From NCBI RefSeq assembly GCF_006345805.1, contig NC_043009.1:10540001-10604000 (forward strand): 64,000 bases of DNA, written 5' to 3'. The position numbers were made by a program, and so were the translations under genes. How positions within the stretch are numbered: the first letter of the stretch is position 1; every line of letters starts with the position of its first letter. Source of the stretch: Octopus sinensis (lineage: Eukaryota). The notes beneath the pieces were generated by a model that saw nothing but the letters and a program-made list of their open reading frames with translations, had not been told where the DNA came from and ran no database searches. Of the stretch, positions 1 through 13,108 are shown piece by piece.

Positions 1-239
1 ATTCGTTCGGGTGGTCGCCAGTCGTTCTAAACGAGGTTGGTCTTCGCGCGACAAGTGACCATTCCCAAGAGGTGAAAATCACTTTGTAAGCTGTTTGAAG
101 CATGACAGCTGTTTCGGTCGCCGTTTGCCTCAACAGAAAAGAGAATCTCTCTCTCTCTCTCTCACTCTTTCTCTCACTCACTCTCTCTCTCTATCTCTCT
201 TTAAATACATATATATATAGTGAGGAAGAGAGAGAGAGA

Positions 240-536
<297 letters not shown>

Positions 537-1489
537 TATTCGTTCCGTGGGAAGAACCTGAATAAATCCGAGTCTTTTCTTCTTGCCAATCATTGAAAGT
601 CATCAGTTGAAATACTTGGAGGCTTTCTTAAAAATTTAACAAGCCAATCATATTTTTATTTTTGAGAAAAACCACGACGTAAATTCACAGAAAAAAACTA
701 TGCCGCGAAGTATTCTCCCCGACGCTCTATTCAAGGAGTGTTGCGTGTCAGTAAAGAAATATATAAATAGTAGGGATTCTACCAATTTCTTCTTGAACAT
801 CTCGTTTTCTATTGGCACGACCTGGCAACAAGCTCTAACTTATGGATCCAGCTCTTGGATGACAGCACTGGTAGGCTTGGTAAACTTGGCTGAATACTCG
901 TTAGAATGTGTTTTTCATGTTTATCATCCTACATAAAGACTGCATTTCGACAAAATGTCGAAACTTAAATACCAGTGATTAATTTTCGATAGGGCGAAGT
1001 ACCTTATCCACCAATGTTGCAAAAGGTTACTTGCCTCACAGCACAGTGTGAAACACATATTGTCTTGGTATTTCAACTCATTCCTGATACATTTTCCAGT
1101 CGTCTCGGCTGTCTTCCTACAGGCCAAGGAAGTCAAGGGCGAGAGATTAACGCTGATCGTCTGGTACAGCCTTTTGCTTTATTATAATTCAAGAGCAGTG
1201 CTTGTCAAAACTAGAACTTCTTGAGGCCATTAACAGAGTAGAACTTTCATACCAATAAGGGCTAGTACCACTTTCTCACTCATGAGAGAACACAGAAGGA
1301 TGTAGAATGAGTAGAAACAGTCATATTTTGTCCGAACACCTGCGCGGGTACTTTTTTGACTTCTGACAATCCTAAAAAATTCCATGGGCTTCTAAGAGTT
1401 GCTGTCTTAGTTATCTTCTAAAATTAGAAAGAAAAGGATCAGTGTATGTGCATGCGTGTATACATATGTCTGTAGATATACATATGTGT

Positions 1490-1797
1490 AGGCTCACCAA
1501 TGGAGAAGTTCTCAAGCAGATAAGGCCGAAAATGTCGCTAGAAGCTAGGATCACCAAGCATAGATTGGCATATTTCGGTCATATTATGCGAAGAAAATCC
1601 CTGGAGAAGGACATCATGCTCGGAATGGTCAGTGGCAAGAGAGGAAGAGGCTGACTAAGAACCCGCTGGCTTGACACCATCAAAAGTGATACCGGAATGG
1701 ACATAGCCAATCTGAAAGAAGCGACCCAGGATAGAACTGACCGGAGGACACTGATCCAATAAGTAACCGAGAGTCGACTTCGACTGAGCGGATAGAT
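1490..1797 (+). mobile_element. RTE-clade LINE 3' fragment
   Basis: TNGEVLKQI...RLAYFGHIMRRKSLEKDIMLGMVSGKRGRG*..RWLDTIK; typical RTE RT C-terminus with internal stops. Confidence 0.85.
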
Positions 1798-2069
1798 AAG
1801 TTTCTTTATTGGCCACACAGGGCTGCACACAGATGGGACAAGTTACAAGGTAGAACTCTTCTTTTGGGGGATGAAAAAAAACGAAAAACAAAAAACAAGG
1901 GAAACAAAAAAAAGGTGGCGTAGGTTTTCGATCAAAAGGGATCGTAAAAGGGGAAAAAAGAACAAAAAATTAAAAAAATTAAAAATAAAAAAATAAAAAA
2001 TAGGAAAAGGAACAAAAGAAAAGAGAAATGAAAAAAAAGGGGGGAGAGGAAAAAACGATCAATAGGGCG

Positions 2070-2170
<101 letters not shown>

Positions 2171-2279
2171 GTAGATAGATAGATAGATAGATAGATTTAT
2201 GCACACACTCACACATAAACAGACGCAAACACACAGACATATACATATTCATCCATCTTTTCTACCCAGTATTCTTAGC

Positions 2280-3058
2280 ATTCTTGAGAGTGTAGTGGCT
2301 GTAGCATCCTCTTCTGCACCTCTTCAGTTGGATTCTATCAGAAGCAAGTGTCATTAGTCGTTCCAGTTGGGTTCCCAAGCGCGATCAACAGAAGCTATTG
2401 ACATTATTCAACCATCACGTTATTGATTTACCTGATTCTTTCCTATGACATTCTAACCATCTGTTCATAGTCTTGAGTTTGTGATTTCTCAATGCAGACA
2501 ACTAGTGACTCGGCTTGGGGTGACTCCCTGATCTCCATGCAATGCACCTTGGCAAGTAATGTTACTTCAGAGGCCCTTAGTAGGGATCCCATTTCGGCTG
2601 CTTGTATTTGTAATTGTACTCTTTCGATCATTATTCAGCATTCATAATCACAAGGGAGACTAGGCATGAAGACCAAAATGAAAATAGCAAATTTAATATT
2701 TTTTACCAATTTTTTCCTTTCTGAGGACCGAGAGATGGAGTGGGCAAATTACTGCGCCAGTACCTACAATTCTAGCATCCAATTCAGTCCTGTCTTCCAT
2801 TATTCGTGAATAGGCCTCGAGATGGTTGAACTTTTCCATTTGTCTCAACGATGTTCCATTAACATGCAGAATGCACACAAGTACGAGTTTCTTGAGCGGA
2901 TCGATGTTTCGGTTTTCGTAACACTATTTCTCATCCTTGCCTTCCTGCACTCGCAGCGAACCCATTCAGTGCAAGCTGGGTGAGATCACTTGATGTGCTA
3001 AATAACAGCATGTCATCTGCAAATATCAGCCGACCGATACTACACCCACCGACTAAAC
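2280..3058 (-). mobile_element. Decayed RTE-clade LINE RT fragment
   Basis: Frameshifted pieces LIFADDMLL, LRQMEKFNHL..ELDARI, IQAAEMGSL. Confidence 0.75.
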
Positions 3059-3297
3059 ATATATATATATATATATATATATAACTTAGGGTATCTACGA
3101 GATACTGCCATGCTGAAAATAGCAACCAGGATCTGACTCTAAAACCACCTTAAGTGTTCATATAGCACAAGGATAGAAGACAAAAAGACAAAATAAAACT
3201 AGTAAAAAATTACTGGATAATTCAGATCCCGGATTTCTGACTTTGCATTTAGAAATGCTTTGCCTCATCAGTGGAATATACGCAGAGAGAAGCATAA

Positions 3298-3376
<79 letters not shown>

Positions 3377-3889
3377 ACAAACGAATACTTACATATATGA
3401 ACGTACACATACATACATTCATACATACATACATACATACATAAATACATACATACATACATACATACATACATACATACATACATACATACATACATAC
3501 ATACATACATACATACATAATGCATATATACATACATATACATGTATATATGCCTTTTAGACCTCTAACATGAAACACCGACTATGCAAGTCTTACCACC
3601 TGGTAGCTGAGATACCAACTTTATACGTTAATAATCGTCGTTTCCCAGGTTATTGAAAATAATGAAATTTAAGTATGCCTTTTAATTCTCTAAGTAAAAT
3701 GAAAATGGATTATGCAGTTCTCAACAGTAATTAGCTGAGGTACAAACTATTAAAATCAATAACATGTTTTATCCGATGTTCCCACTATTAAAATTATTAA
3801 AAAACCAGGTAGTTCTCTTTGTTTTTGCAATCACCTTCAATTGTCAGTACTTATTTGAAACACGTTGAACCTGAAAATGCATAAATTTG

Positions 3890-4070
3890 AGAAAAACCAA
3901 GTCAACTAAATGCACAGATCTGCTTTATCAAAGAACACTTAGATACATATCCTGCAGAAGCATGAGTCGGAATGGAATATGAAGAAAATACTTTGGTAAA
4001 TATATTTCTAAGATGTATAGTTCTATATTCTTCATTATGATATCTTGATTATACTCTGTATGCAACATGA
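3890..4070 (+). mobile_element. Possible Sola-like transposase relic
   Basis: Short broken peptides IKEHLDTYPA ... RKYF ... ISKMY resemble the Sola N-terminal region; highly decayed. Confidence 0.25.
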
Positions 4071-4186
4071 AATACAATCAAGCAGCCTTTAATTGTTTAT
4101 CTTGATTTATATATGCTCCCTATTATTTGATGTGGTTAGCCTGATAAGGATTGTATCAGAGTGCTCATAAGGCACCTGCGCGGACT

Positions 4187-7173
4187 CTAAATAAGACAGG
4201 ATTTATATTAATTTTCACTCCGAAATGACGCACTAGGGCTTATTTTCAGGGGAGTTAAATATTTTTTTCATGTACCGAAAAACAACATTACGAAATAGAA
4301 AATTACGAAAATACTAAATAAACAGAAATTACGAAAAACGATCTACGTTTTACATATTTTTTTTTTACTCAGAAACTCTTTGACAACAATTTATTGAAAA
4401 ACAGTCATATCATCGTCCTCTTGAATGTCATTGTGCTGCAAATCACTGGATTCCAAAATTCCTGCGAAGTTTTCGTGTGACTCCATTTCCTGCAGAACAT
4501 TTGTCCGCAATCTCTCATGTCGAGCAATAGCGGTCTCATTGAATGGGAAGTTCTTGTCTAGGTAGCCTGCTCGTAGGGCATTGGCAACACAGCTGTCTGT
4601 GATTTTGTTCCATGAATTCGTCACCCAAGTCACGATCTCTTGCAGGCCGGGTTTCACAAAATTTCCACGCTGATTTCTCACCATTTTGTTTTCAATGTAG
4701 TCATCGATTTCCATGTGTAAAGGGTCCTTAAATGATTTATTTATTGCATTTTCAATAGTTTGGAGATAGGCAGTCATTCCTGCAGGAATCAAGATTTGAT
4801 CTATTCTTCTTTTTGCATAGAAGTTCTTCATGTCTTTTGCGCGGTGCATGCAGGCTGGACTATCAGACCTCTTTGGCCTCCTCACAAAATAAGCGGCAGC
4901 AGGAAATCGATCCACTTCCTTAAAACTGCCTGTATGCACCAAACCTTTTCAGTTTCCAGAACACAGATGCTTGAAACGCGTTCAATTATATCCTTCCTTT
5001 AGAGGTGGAGCTTTACTTCCACCGAGACAAATTGCCAAAATATATGTAACTTGTGCGCTTTCGTAACCCCTGGAGGGAATGTAGATTGACAACACACCCC
5101 TTTGATCTATAGTCAGTTGAGATCCTTGGCATGTGAAAACTGCAATTTCATCAATTGCAATCATGTTGCAGAGACGGTATTTAGTAAAGTCGGCGAGCTG
5201 GCAGAAACGTTAGCACGCTGGGCGAAATGCTTTGCGGTATTTCGTCTGCAGTTACGTTCTGAGTTCAAATTCCGCCGAGGTCGACTTTGCCTTTCATCCT
5301 TTCGGGGTCGATTAAATAAGTACTAGTTACGCACTGGGGTCGATATAATCGACGTAATCCGTTTGTCTGTCCTTGTTTGTCCCCTCTGTGTTTAGCCCCT
5401 TGTGGGTAGTAAAGAAATAGGTATTTAGTTAAGTCTTTGCCATCAACAAAGGACTTAAATGCAATGGCATATTTAATAATAGAAAGTTCATGTCACTGAA
5501 GGAAATCATCCAGCCAGTGTTGTGATGCTTTGAATTCTTCTGGAAATATACCAACACCAAACTGTGGTGCATTTGCGAGGGCAAATGCTTGAATATCAGT
5601 CCTGCTAACAACCGAAGCCTTTACTCTCCTGTGAGCAATCCATTCACAAATGAAGCCTTCCAGCTCAGAAAATAGTGGTGGCCGACCTGATCCAGACTTG
5701 CGTTTCTTTGCAATTCCTACGCCAATGTCGAACCATTCGGTGATCCAAATTCTTTTCTTTGCAGTAAACATTAAGATTCTTGCCCAGTGATTCCTGCACC
5801 ATTCCTTTCATGTACTCGATGGAATAACTCTTTCTTTTTGCGCTCATCTTGTCTAGGGGCAGAAGTGACTTGACAAAAGATTTCCCGTTCAATTTCATCA
5901 TGTTACTTTATGAGTACTTAATGTTTTTGCATCTACTGACTACTACTGACCACTGATGAGAATGTTACACGAAACACTTGAAATCTCCGATCATGGGCTG
6001 TCGAATGATGTACAGCTTGTTAATATTTGAGTTACGGAAGAGACACCAGGATAGATTTTGTGAGTGTCGTTATTTTATTTTTTTAGCAGCCTCGGTCCAG
6101 ACCTCCAGATAGAGAAGAATTGGAGTGAAGTTACAAGCAGGTGGAACTTCTAAACCAGACCTGGTCTGGGCGCAAGCTATCCCCGAAAGGGAGGGTGGAG
6201 GTTGCAAATGTGTTTATCGCACGTGCAATCACCTACCACCTAACCGTCATGCCTTGCCCAGATTAGTGGCTAAGCAAGTTGGAGGCTGAGGCATCTTTGG
6301 CTCTACTTAGATGGTTGTGTTGCCGAGGAAGCTTCCCAGTTCGAGAAAACTCGCCAGACACAGCTCTTCATGCCCTAGATGCGCACAGAGCAGTGAAACT
6401 GTTCTGAACGTAATTGTGCAGTGTCCGGAACTTTCGGAATTGTGGGTTTATGTTGAACAACTGCCGTCACGTTTGGGAAGAGTGCAACTGTCCTCTGAGT
6501 CTATAATAGGGATTATCCGCCGCCCTCTCTGAACAGGGAAGGGACGGTTTGTTTTCTCTCTGTGGTGGCTGTAAAAAAAAAAGAGGTTGTGTGGAGGACA
6601 CGCATGTAAGGTTTAGTGACGGACGTCTTCATCTCCAGCCTCGGTTTAGTAAACTTTTTTATTTTCCATCTTAAAAGGAAAATAAGGCTGGAGAGGAGAC
6701 GTTTGCCATTCAGTACATATGAGAAAAGATGGAAGAAAGTGGCAACCGTGTTGAGAGTGAATGTGCCTGCTTAAGGGAGAACATAAAATTCTCTTAAAGG
6801 GTTCAGTGGAAGAATGTGGTTTGTGGGATCGCATCCGTCCTTCACTCCATCATCATCATCATCATCCAATTTTATATATCATTATAAATTTTTAATCTTG
6901 TCATCCCATTCGATCCCCCGACCCCTTTGTCTGTCCTCTCGTTGTCTACCTTTATGGTAAATAAAAATAAAAAATCAGTTATTTTTAGCCGTTAGAATGA
7001 TATTTTGAACGGTGTATCCACCGCAACAAAACGGTTTGAATCAGTATGAAGAGGCCACTTGTTTCATTCGTCTGTCTGCCGCTCTAAACTTATTTTAAGA
7101 GAAGAGCTTAGATTAATTTATATTAATATCCTCCTGAAAAATCATGCTAGGTCTTATTTTCTGGGAAACACGG
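4187..7173 (-). mobile_element. Decayed pogo/Tc2-type DNA transposon (CENP-B HTH + DDE_1 pseudogene) with nested insertions
   Basis: Minus-strand pieces KRKSYSIEY, GSGRPPLFSELEGFICEWI, IAIDEIAVF, IPAGMTAYLQ..INKSFK..WVTNSW; terminus GTCTTATTTTCTGGGAAACACGG|TA at 7173 and a related CTAGGGCTTATTTTCAGGG motif near 4233. Confidence 0.8.
6085..6970 (+). mobile_element. L1/Tx1-like LINE 3' fragment (zf-RVT/CCHC region)
   Basis: KLARHSSSCPRCAQSSETVLNVIVQCP..LW; ends in an AATAAA/A-rich tail; nested in the pogo element. Confidence 0.6.
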
Positions 7174-7282
7174 TATCTTCTATCTTTTTACCTGTTTCAG
7201 TCATTAGACTGCAGCCATGGTGGGGCACCGCCTTGAATTTGTAGTGAATGAATCGACCCACTTCAGTACCTATATATATATG

Positions 7283-7314
<32 letters not shown>

Positions 7315-7394
7315 ATATATATATAAATGTGTATGTATGTATGTATGTATGTATGTATGTATGTGTATGTATGTATGTTGTATGTATGGTGGTG

Positions 7395-7652
7395 GTGTTA
7401 CACACCATACTAATCATATCTGTCAGGCATGTGGAAGAGAGTGTAATTCGGCAGGAGGACTTAAACGACATGCAAAGGTACATGAAGCCCAGTTACAACT
7501 ACAGCCGGCTATTACCGGTAAAGGTTTTAGCTGCCAATTCTGTACAAGATATTGTAGATCTTTAGCTGGGCTAAAAAGTCACATTCGATCACAACACCAA
7601 TAACAGTTAAGCTTCGTGCAATGGCCATACTCGATAACGAGGGGGCAGCCAT
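7395..7652 (+). mobile_element. RTE LINE 3' end encoding two C2H2 zinc fingers
   Basis: HICQACGRECNSAGGLKRHAKVH...FSCQFCTRYCRSLAGLKSHIRSQH*, short 3'UTR, embedded between microsatellites, no obvious splice acceptor. Confidence 0.6.
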
Positions 7653-7653
7653 A

Positions 7654-7752
<99 letters not shown>

Positions 7753-8370
7753 ATGTATGTATGTATGTATGTATGTATGTATGTATGTATGTATATATGT
7801 GAGTGTGTATGTGTGTTTGTTTACGCTTGACAACTGGTATTGGTGAATTTACGTTCCCATAGCTTAGCGGTTTGGCAAAAGTGACCGATAGAATAAGTAA
7901 CAGGCTTTAAAGAAAGTACTGGGGGTCGATTTATTCCCCTAAATTTTTTGAGGCAGTGCCCCAACATGGCCGCAGTCCAATGATCGAAACAAGTAGAAGA
8001 TAAAATACAAAAGATCCCTAATACAAACTCTCGACGGCTTCTCAGACTCAGAAAAAAATCGATAAAATCCAGTTCCGGTCAAAGTCTCGTCACTAAACAT
8101 TTTCAGTTTTCGAAGTCGACACTGCCTAATCCCAAGAAACAAGAAACTTGGCAGAATAATAAGTTCTCAAATGCGACAAAACTCAATTTTTGTTTCCTCA
8201 TACAGACTTACCACGCCTAACAATTAATGTCCACATTTCCCACGGACCTTACATACAACATTGCAACTAGAAGAACAACTATCTCAACATGCACAGTTTA
8301 TTTAACTGCCAGCAACGATGTTTTCGACTTTTCTTCTTCGCATTATATATGTATATATACATTCATATAA

Positions 8371-8985
8371 GGCAATGAGCTGGCAGAATCGTTAGCGCGC
8401 TGGACGAATTGCTTAGCGGTATTTCGTCTGCCGCTACGTTCTGAGTTCAAATTCCGCCGAGGTCGACTTTGCCTTTCATCCTTTCGGGGTCGATAAATTA
8501 AGAACCAGTTACGCACTGGGGTCGATATAATCAACTCAATCCCTTTGTCTGTCCTTGTTTGTTCCCTCTGTATTTAGCCCCTTGTGGGTAGTAAAGAAAT
8601 AGGTATTTCGTCTGCCGTTACGTTCTGAGTTCAAATTCCGCCGAGGTCGACTTTGCCTTTGATCTTTTCGGGATCGATAAATTAAGTACCAGTGAATCAC
8701 TGGGGTCGATGTAATCGACTAGTCCCCTCCCCTCAAATTTCGGGCCTTGTACCTATAGCAGAAAAGATGATGTATACATTCATATAAGGCTGGCAGAATC
8801 GTTAGCACTCTGGACGAAATGCTTGGTGACATTTCGTCCGTTTATGTTCGGAGTTCAAATTCCACCGACTCCGCCTTTCATCTTTCCGGGATCGATAAAA
8901 TAAGTACCAGTTGAACACTGGGGTAAATGTAATCAACTCATTCCTTTCTCTGAAATTGCAGGCCTTGTCACAAAATTTGAAATCG
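8371..8985 (+). mobile_element. tRNA-derived SINE family A, tandem copies
   Basis: GAGCTGGCAGAATCGTTAGC...GAGTTCAAATTCCGCCGAGGTCGACTTTGCCTTTCATCC. Other copies at about 5191-5425, 20520-20712, 27908-28103, 39868-40510, 46100-46322, 60959-61372. Confidence 0.9.
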
Positions 8986-9092
8986 TAAATACATTCAGAT
9001 CAAACATTCACATAAATTGGCAAAGTCAGTCATTATGCTCATTAAATCTCCCTACACCAAGTAAAAGAAAACAAAACATTTTGTTAGGTTAC

Positions 9093-9486
9093 TCTTTTAC
9101 GCTTTTACTTTTTTCAGTCACTTGACTGGGGCCATGCTGGAGCACCGCCTTCAGTCGAGCAAATCGACCCCAGTACAGTAGCCTAGTACTTATTCTATCG
9201 GTCTCTTTTGCCGAACCGCCAAGTTATGGGCACGTAAACACACCAGCATCGGTTGTCAAGCGATGTTGGGGGGGACAATCACAGACACACAAACATATAC
9301 ACACACATACATATATATATATATACATATATACGACGGGCTTCTTTCAGTTTCCATCTACCAAATCCACTCACAAGGCTTTGGTCGGCACGAGGCTTTA
9401 TTAGAAGACACTTGCCCAAGGTTCCATGCAGTGGGACTGAAACGGGAACAATGTGGTTGGTAAGCAAGCCTACTTACCACACAGCC
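9093..9486 (-). mobile_element. tRNA-derived SINE family B (most abundant repeat here)
   Basis: Consensus GGCGCAGGAGTGGCTGTGTGGTAAG...GGTTCAGTCCC...CCAGCATGGCCGCAGTCAAATGACTGAAACAAG. About 25 copies, e.g. 17032-17398(+), 26225-26655(-), 28457-28828(+), 32862-33232(-), 37015-37437(-), 41022-41420(-), 43853-44260(-), 50618-51025(+), 60405-60575(-). Confidence 0.92.
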
Positions 9487-10261
9487 AATCATCATCAGAG
9501 AATAGTGCAAAGAGACATTTAGTGCTGCGCTTCAATTCAATTCATTTTGCCAGCCTCCAATACTGGAGCGTACATTAATCAAGGAATAAGATGTAAAATA
9601 TCTTATGACATCTATTTTGACTGCACTATAGTTGAAATATCACCGATATTTCATTCTTTCATTCTTTCAAAAATGGAAGTGTAATACTAGTGGAAGCCTG
9701 TGAATTGACGGATTTTGTTAGCACGTCGGGTGACGGAGCGAGGCGATTGGCTGCACCTGAGTCGATGCTAATGATTTAGCGCTGTTGACTGGACATTCAG
9801 CTCTTTTGGCAAAAGTACGTTTTGGCACTGGAGGCACTGGAGGCATTGGAGGCATGCATATTCACACGCACGCTGAAATATGTACATGTAGAAAGAGAGA
9901 GTGAGAGATAGGGAAAGAGGGGAAGAGGAAGAGACATTACACGTAGACACAAACATAGCTAGATGCTCACATACACATAAACAAAAAGGAAGAGCGGGCG
10001 TGGGAGAGAAAGAGGTAGAGAGGAGGAGAGGGAAAGAACGTGAGAAACACTAAAACCCTGATGTCAAATAAGTCAGCGTCGAATCAGCGATGCCAAATAA
10101 GCGGTGCCTAAACCGCTATACCAAGATATCTACTTTTTGACGAGTTGCCTTGTAGTATCTGTTCCTACTGTTTGCATCCAGCGTTCAAATCCTACCTTCT
10201 ATCATCGGTTTCCTCGTGGCAGAGACCGTGTTGTTGCTTCTGTCATTCTAATTATTACTGT

Positions 10262-10626
10262 TTCTGTTGCTGTTGCTGTTGCTGTTGAGCGAAGCGGTCT
10301 TCGTCTCAGAGCTCGCAAGATGGGAGAAGTCCGAAACGTGGTCCTTTGCTATTCGTAAGACCCGCAGAAGAGAAAGCAGGTCAACTCCCGACACCGAGAG
10401 CAACGACGGATGGATGAATGCGCATCCAGGCTCAGCGGTTGCGTAGGAAGTCGGGGACAAGAAACAGGAAGAAAGAGTGAGAGAAAGTTGGGCCGGAAGA
10501 GTACAACAGGGGTCCCCCCCCTGCCGGAGTCTCGTGGAGCTTTAGGTGTTTTCGCTCAATAAACACACACAACGCCCGGTCTGGGAATCGAAACCGCGAG
10601 TCCGCTGCCCTAACCACTAGGCCATT
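10262..10626 (-). mobile_element. tRNA-derived SINE family D
   Basis: Minus-strand head TGGCCTAGTGGTTAGGGCAGCGGACTCGCGGTTTCGATTCCC and (CAACAG)n tail; other copies at 36370-36552 and 59965-60162. Confidence 0.8.
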
Positions 10627-11193
10627 GTTGCTGTCTTGGGACAATCCTTCTGTAGCACAAATGAAACTAGTGATTTGCCTGTCTTGTATTACAACTCTGA
10701 TCTTTCCCTCCTTGTCATTGGATTGAAGAAACCTTATTTGGAAGCTGTTTAGGTTTCTAGATGAACTAAAAGAAGCAAGGGATTCTAATATTTCGTAAGG
10801 CCCAATAGTCATGGATTAAACCTTTGAGTCGATTATCTCCCATTTCGATTCTAAAAATGAAAACACTTGATTTACACTTATTTTGCTTATAATTAATTAC
10901 AATGTTATAATTGTAAATATTCATGGGAAACACATGGAGTAGCAGAGTAGATTTTTCTCATCAGCCATCTTCAGGACACTACTTTTACTTTTTCATGCTG
11001 TGTTGCTTTTTAAAACTCCACATTTTCATCATGTATGCATCTGTCAGCGTGTAAGAAAGAGATTCTAGTTTTCTTCGAGCATACAGACTGGATTCGAGCC
11101 GCACACCAATATACTGCAGGTGCACAGTGTTCACTCTCTGTCATTTTCTGCTGCTACTGAACCGGCCTTTATATATCCTATATCCTATATCCT

Positions 11194-11350
11194 ATATCCT
11201 ATATCATATATCATATATTAGCGCTTTCGCCCACTCTAGTGGAGTTTTCAAATTGAACTCTCAATTTGAAAACTCAAATTGAACTGTTCAATTTGAAAAC
11301 TCCACTGGAATGGACGAAAGCGCTAATATATGATATATGATATAGGATAT
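11194..11350. repeat. Palindromic foldback/MITE-like element
   Basis: About 65-bp arms ATATCCTATATCATATATCATATATTAGCGCTTTCG...GGAGTTTTCAAATTGAAC with an inverted copy at 11286-11350. Confidence 0.8.
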
Positions 11351-11549
11351 ATGATGTATAAAAACATGTAATATACAAATAAATATCTGTAAATATAAAA
11401 CCATCCGAATTTCTGAGTACCTCATATATATGTATATATATATACCGGAGTAAACACATAAATGTGAAACAAGGTGGAAAAAAGAGTACTCAAATACCAG
11501 TGGTAGAGTAATATGCTTTATTTAAAAGCAGCAGAAAATTCAACAAAAT

Positions 11550-11587
11550 CTGTTACTCTGAGTTTCTCGTTGCCGTTCATCAGACAG
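11550..11587 (-). ncRNA. Minimal type I hammerhead ribozyme motif
   Basis: Reverse complement reads CTGT-CTGATGA-ACG(GCAA)CGA-GAAA-CTCAGAG-TA-ACAG; core intact, one stem II mismatch. Confidence 0.65.
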
Positions 11588-11766
11588 TTTTTGCTAGAAT
11601 GGAACCGATATATCAATTCAATCTAGACTCTTACAAACGCTACACCTTTAAAAAAAATGGACTTGTTTGATTGGCCCTTTAGAAAAAACGGTCAATCTTC
11701 GAGCGATAAACAAAAAGGTCAAAAATATATGTATATATATATATAAAAACTTATAAAAATTATAAA

Positions 11767-11861
<95 letters not shown>

Positions 11862-11951
11862 GGAAAAAAGCAACAAGAATGGAGAATTTTCCATGATGTT
11901 TCATAAGTGTAACATTACCCACTTTGATGTTTGGGAATCTCTGATGTTTTC

Positions 11952-12036
11952 TCGGCTGATGAGTACGAGCCACCTATATTTACTGCAATTTTTGTAGCTT
12001 TATTAAAGATGTCCTCGTACGAAACAATTGTACCGA
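11952..12036 (+). ncRNA. Type I hammerhead ribozyme motif, palindromic stem III
   Basis: TCGG-CTGATGA-GTACGAG-(44 nt)-CTCGTAC-GAAA-CAATTG-TA-CCGA; all stems pair and the core is intact. Confidence 0.8.
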
Positions 12037-12600
12037 TATATTGATCCATTCTTGTTGCTTTTTTCCTATTTGTAATCACCCCACTTTGTCGTATGGTTAA
12101 CACCATATAGATTTCCGGTGCATCCTAGTTAAGGACCATATTCATGTGAATTCATTAGAACTCACTTGAATCTCAATTACTTAAACCTATATATATATAT
12201 ATATACTATTATTTCTAAATCTCTGATCGAGAAATATACATCAACAGTAGTACTTTAGAGTAAAATTTATTTGCCAACGTAAAATGGCAGGCCTGATTAG
12301 GACGAATGTTACTACTATTTAAAAACAGGAAAACAGCTTCTCCTGTTGGCTATCGACGCATTACCTGCGTCCTTTCATTTAGAACAAGGGACCTAGTATC
12401 CCCACTCAGCTCAAAACGATGCGATATCTGTGTACCAATGAGTTCTGGGTTATTTCCCTTATATATATATATATCTTATATTTCATCATTCACAATCTTT
12501 TTATCAATATCCGAACGAGTTAAGCGACACGGATTCAGTACAATCTCCTGTAACAATATAATTATTCTGTTACGACTTTTCTGATGTATCCTTCATTATT

Positions 12601-12721
12601 GCACTGACGAAAATGGTAATATATAATTAAATTAGTATAATTAAATTAATTTTAATTATTATTAATTCAATCTCTTCCATGTTTCTTACATGTTGTGTTA
12701 CCATTTGAAACGATCGTATGC
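12601..12721 (+). ncRNA. Type I hammerhead ribozyme motif, palindromic stem III
   Basis: GCA-CTGACGA-AAATGGTAA-(AT-rich loop)-TTACCATTT-GAAA-CGATCG-TA-TGC. Confidence 0.72.
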
Positions 12722-12829
12722 TTAGATTAAAATTCTATGAAAGTTTTAACATCGCTTCTCCATCTTTAATTGTTTGTTGAGTTTATATAGGACTGTGTTC
12801 TATAAATGCTCACACCTTATACTTATACT

Positions 12830-12870
<41 letters not shown>

Positions 12871-13108
12871 ATGTATATGTTTGTGTGTCTGTGTTTGTCC
12901 CCCCAACATCGCTTGACAACCGATGGTCATGTGTTTACGTCCCCGTAACTTAGCGGTTCGGCGTAAGAGACGAATAGAATAAGTACTAAGCTTCCAAAGA
13001 ATAAGTCCTGTGGTCGATTTGCTAAAGGCGGTGCTCCAGCATGGCCGCACTCAAATGACTGAAACAAGTAAAAAAGTAAGAGTAAAAGAGAGAGAGAGTA
13101 AAGGAGAG

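Noticed and set aside
620-1400. Cys-rich minus-strand fragments suggesting a transposase relic
   Set aside because: Too decayed to assign; no termini found.
5953-5985. CTGATGAG...GAAAC hammerhead candidate
   Set aside because: Stem II does not pair and there is no UH site or stem I partner; probably chance.
8064-8095. Minus-strand GTGACGA..GACC-GGAA-CTGG hammerhead-like stretch (similar case at 11658-11706)
   Set aside because: Several core and stem mismatches.
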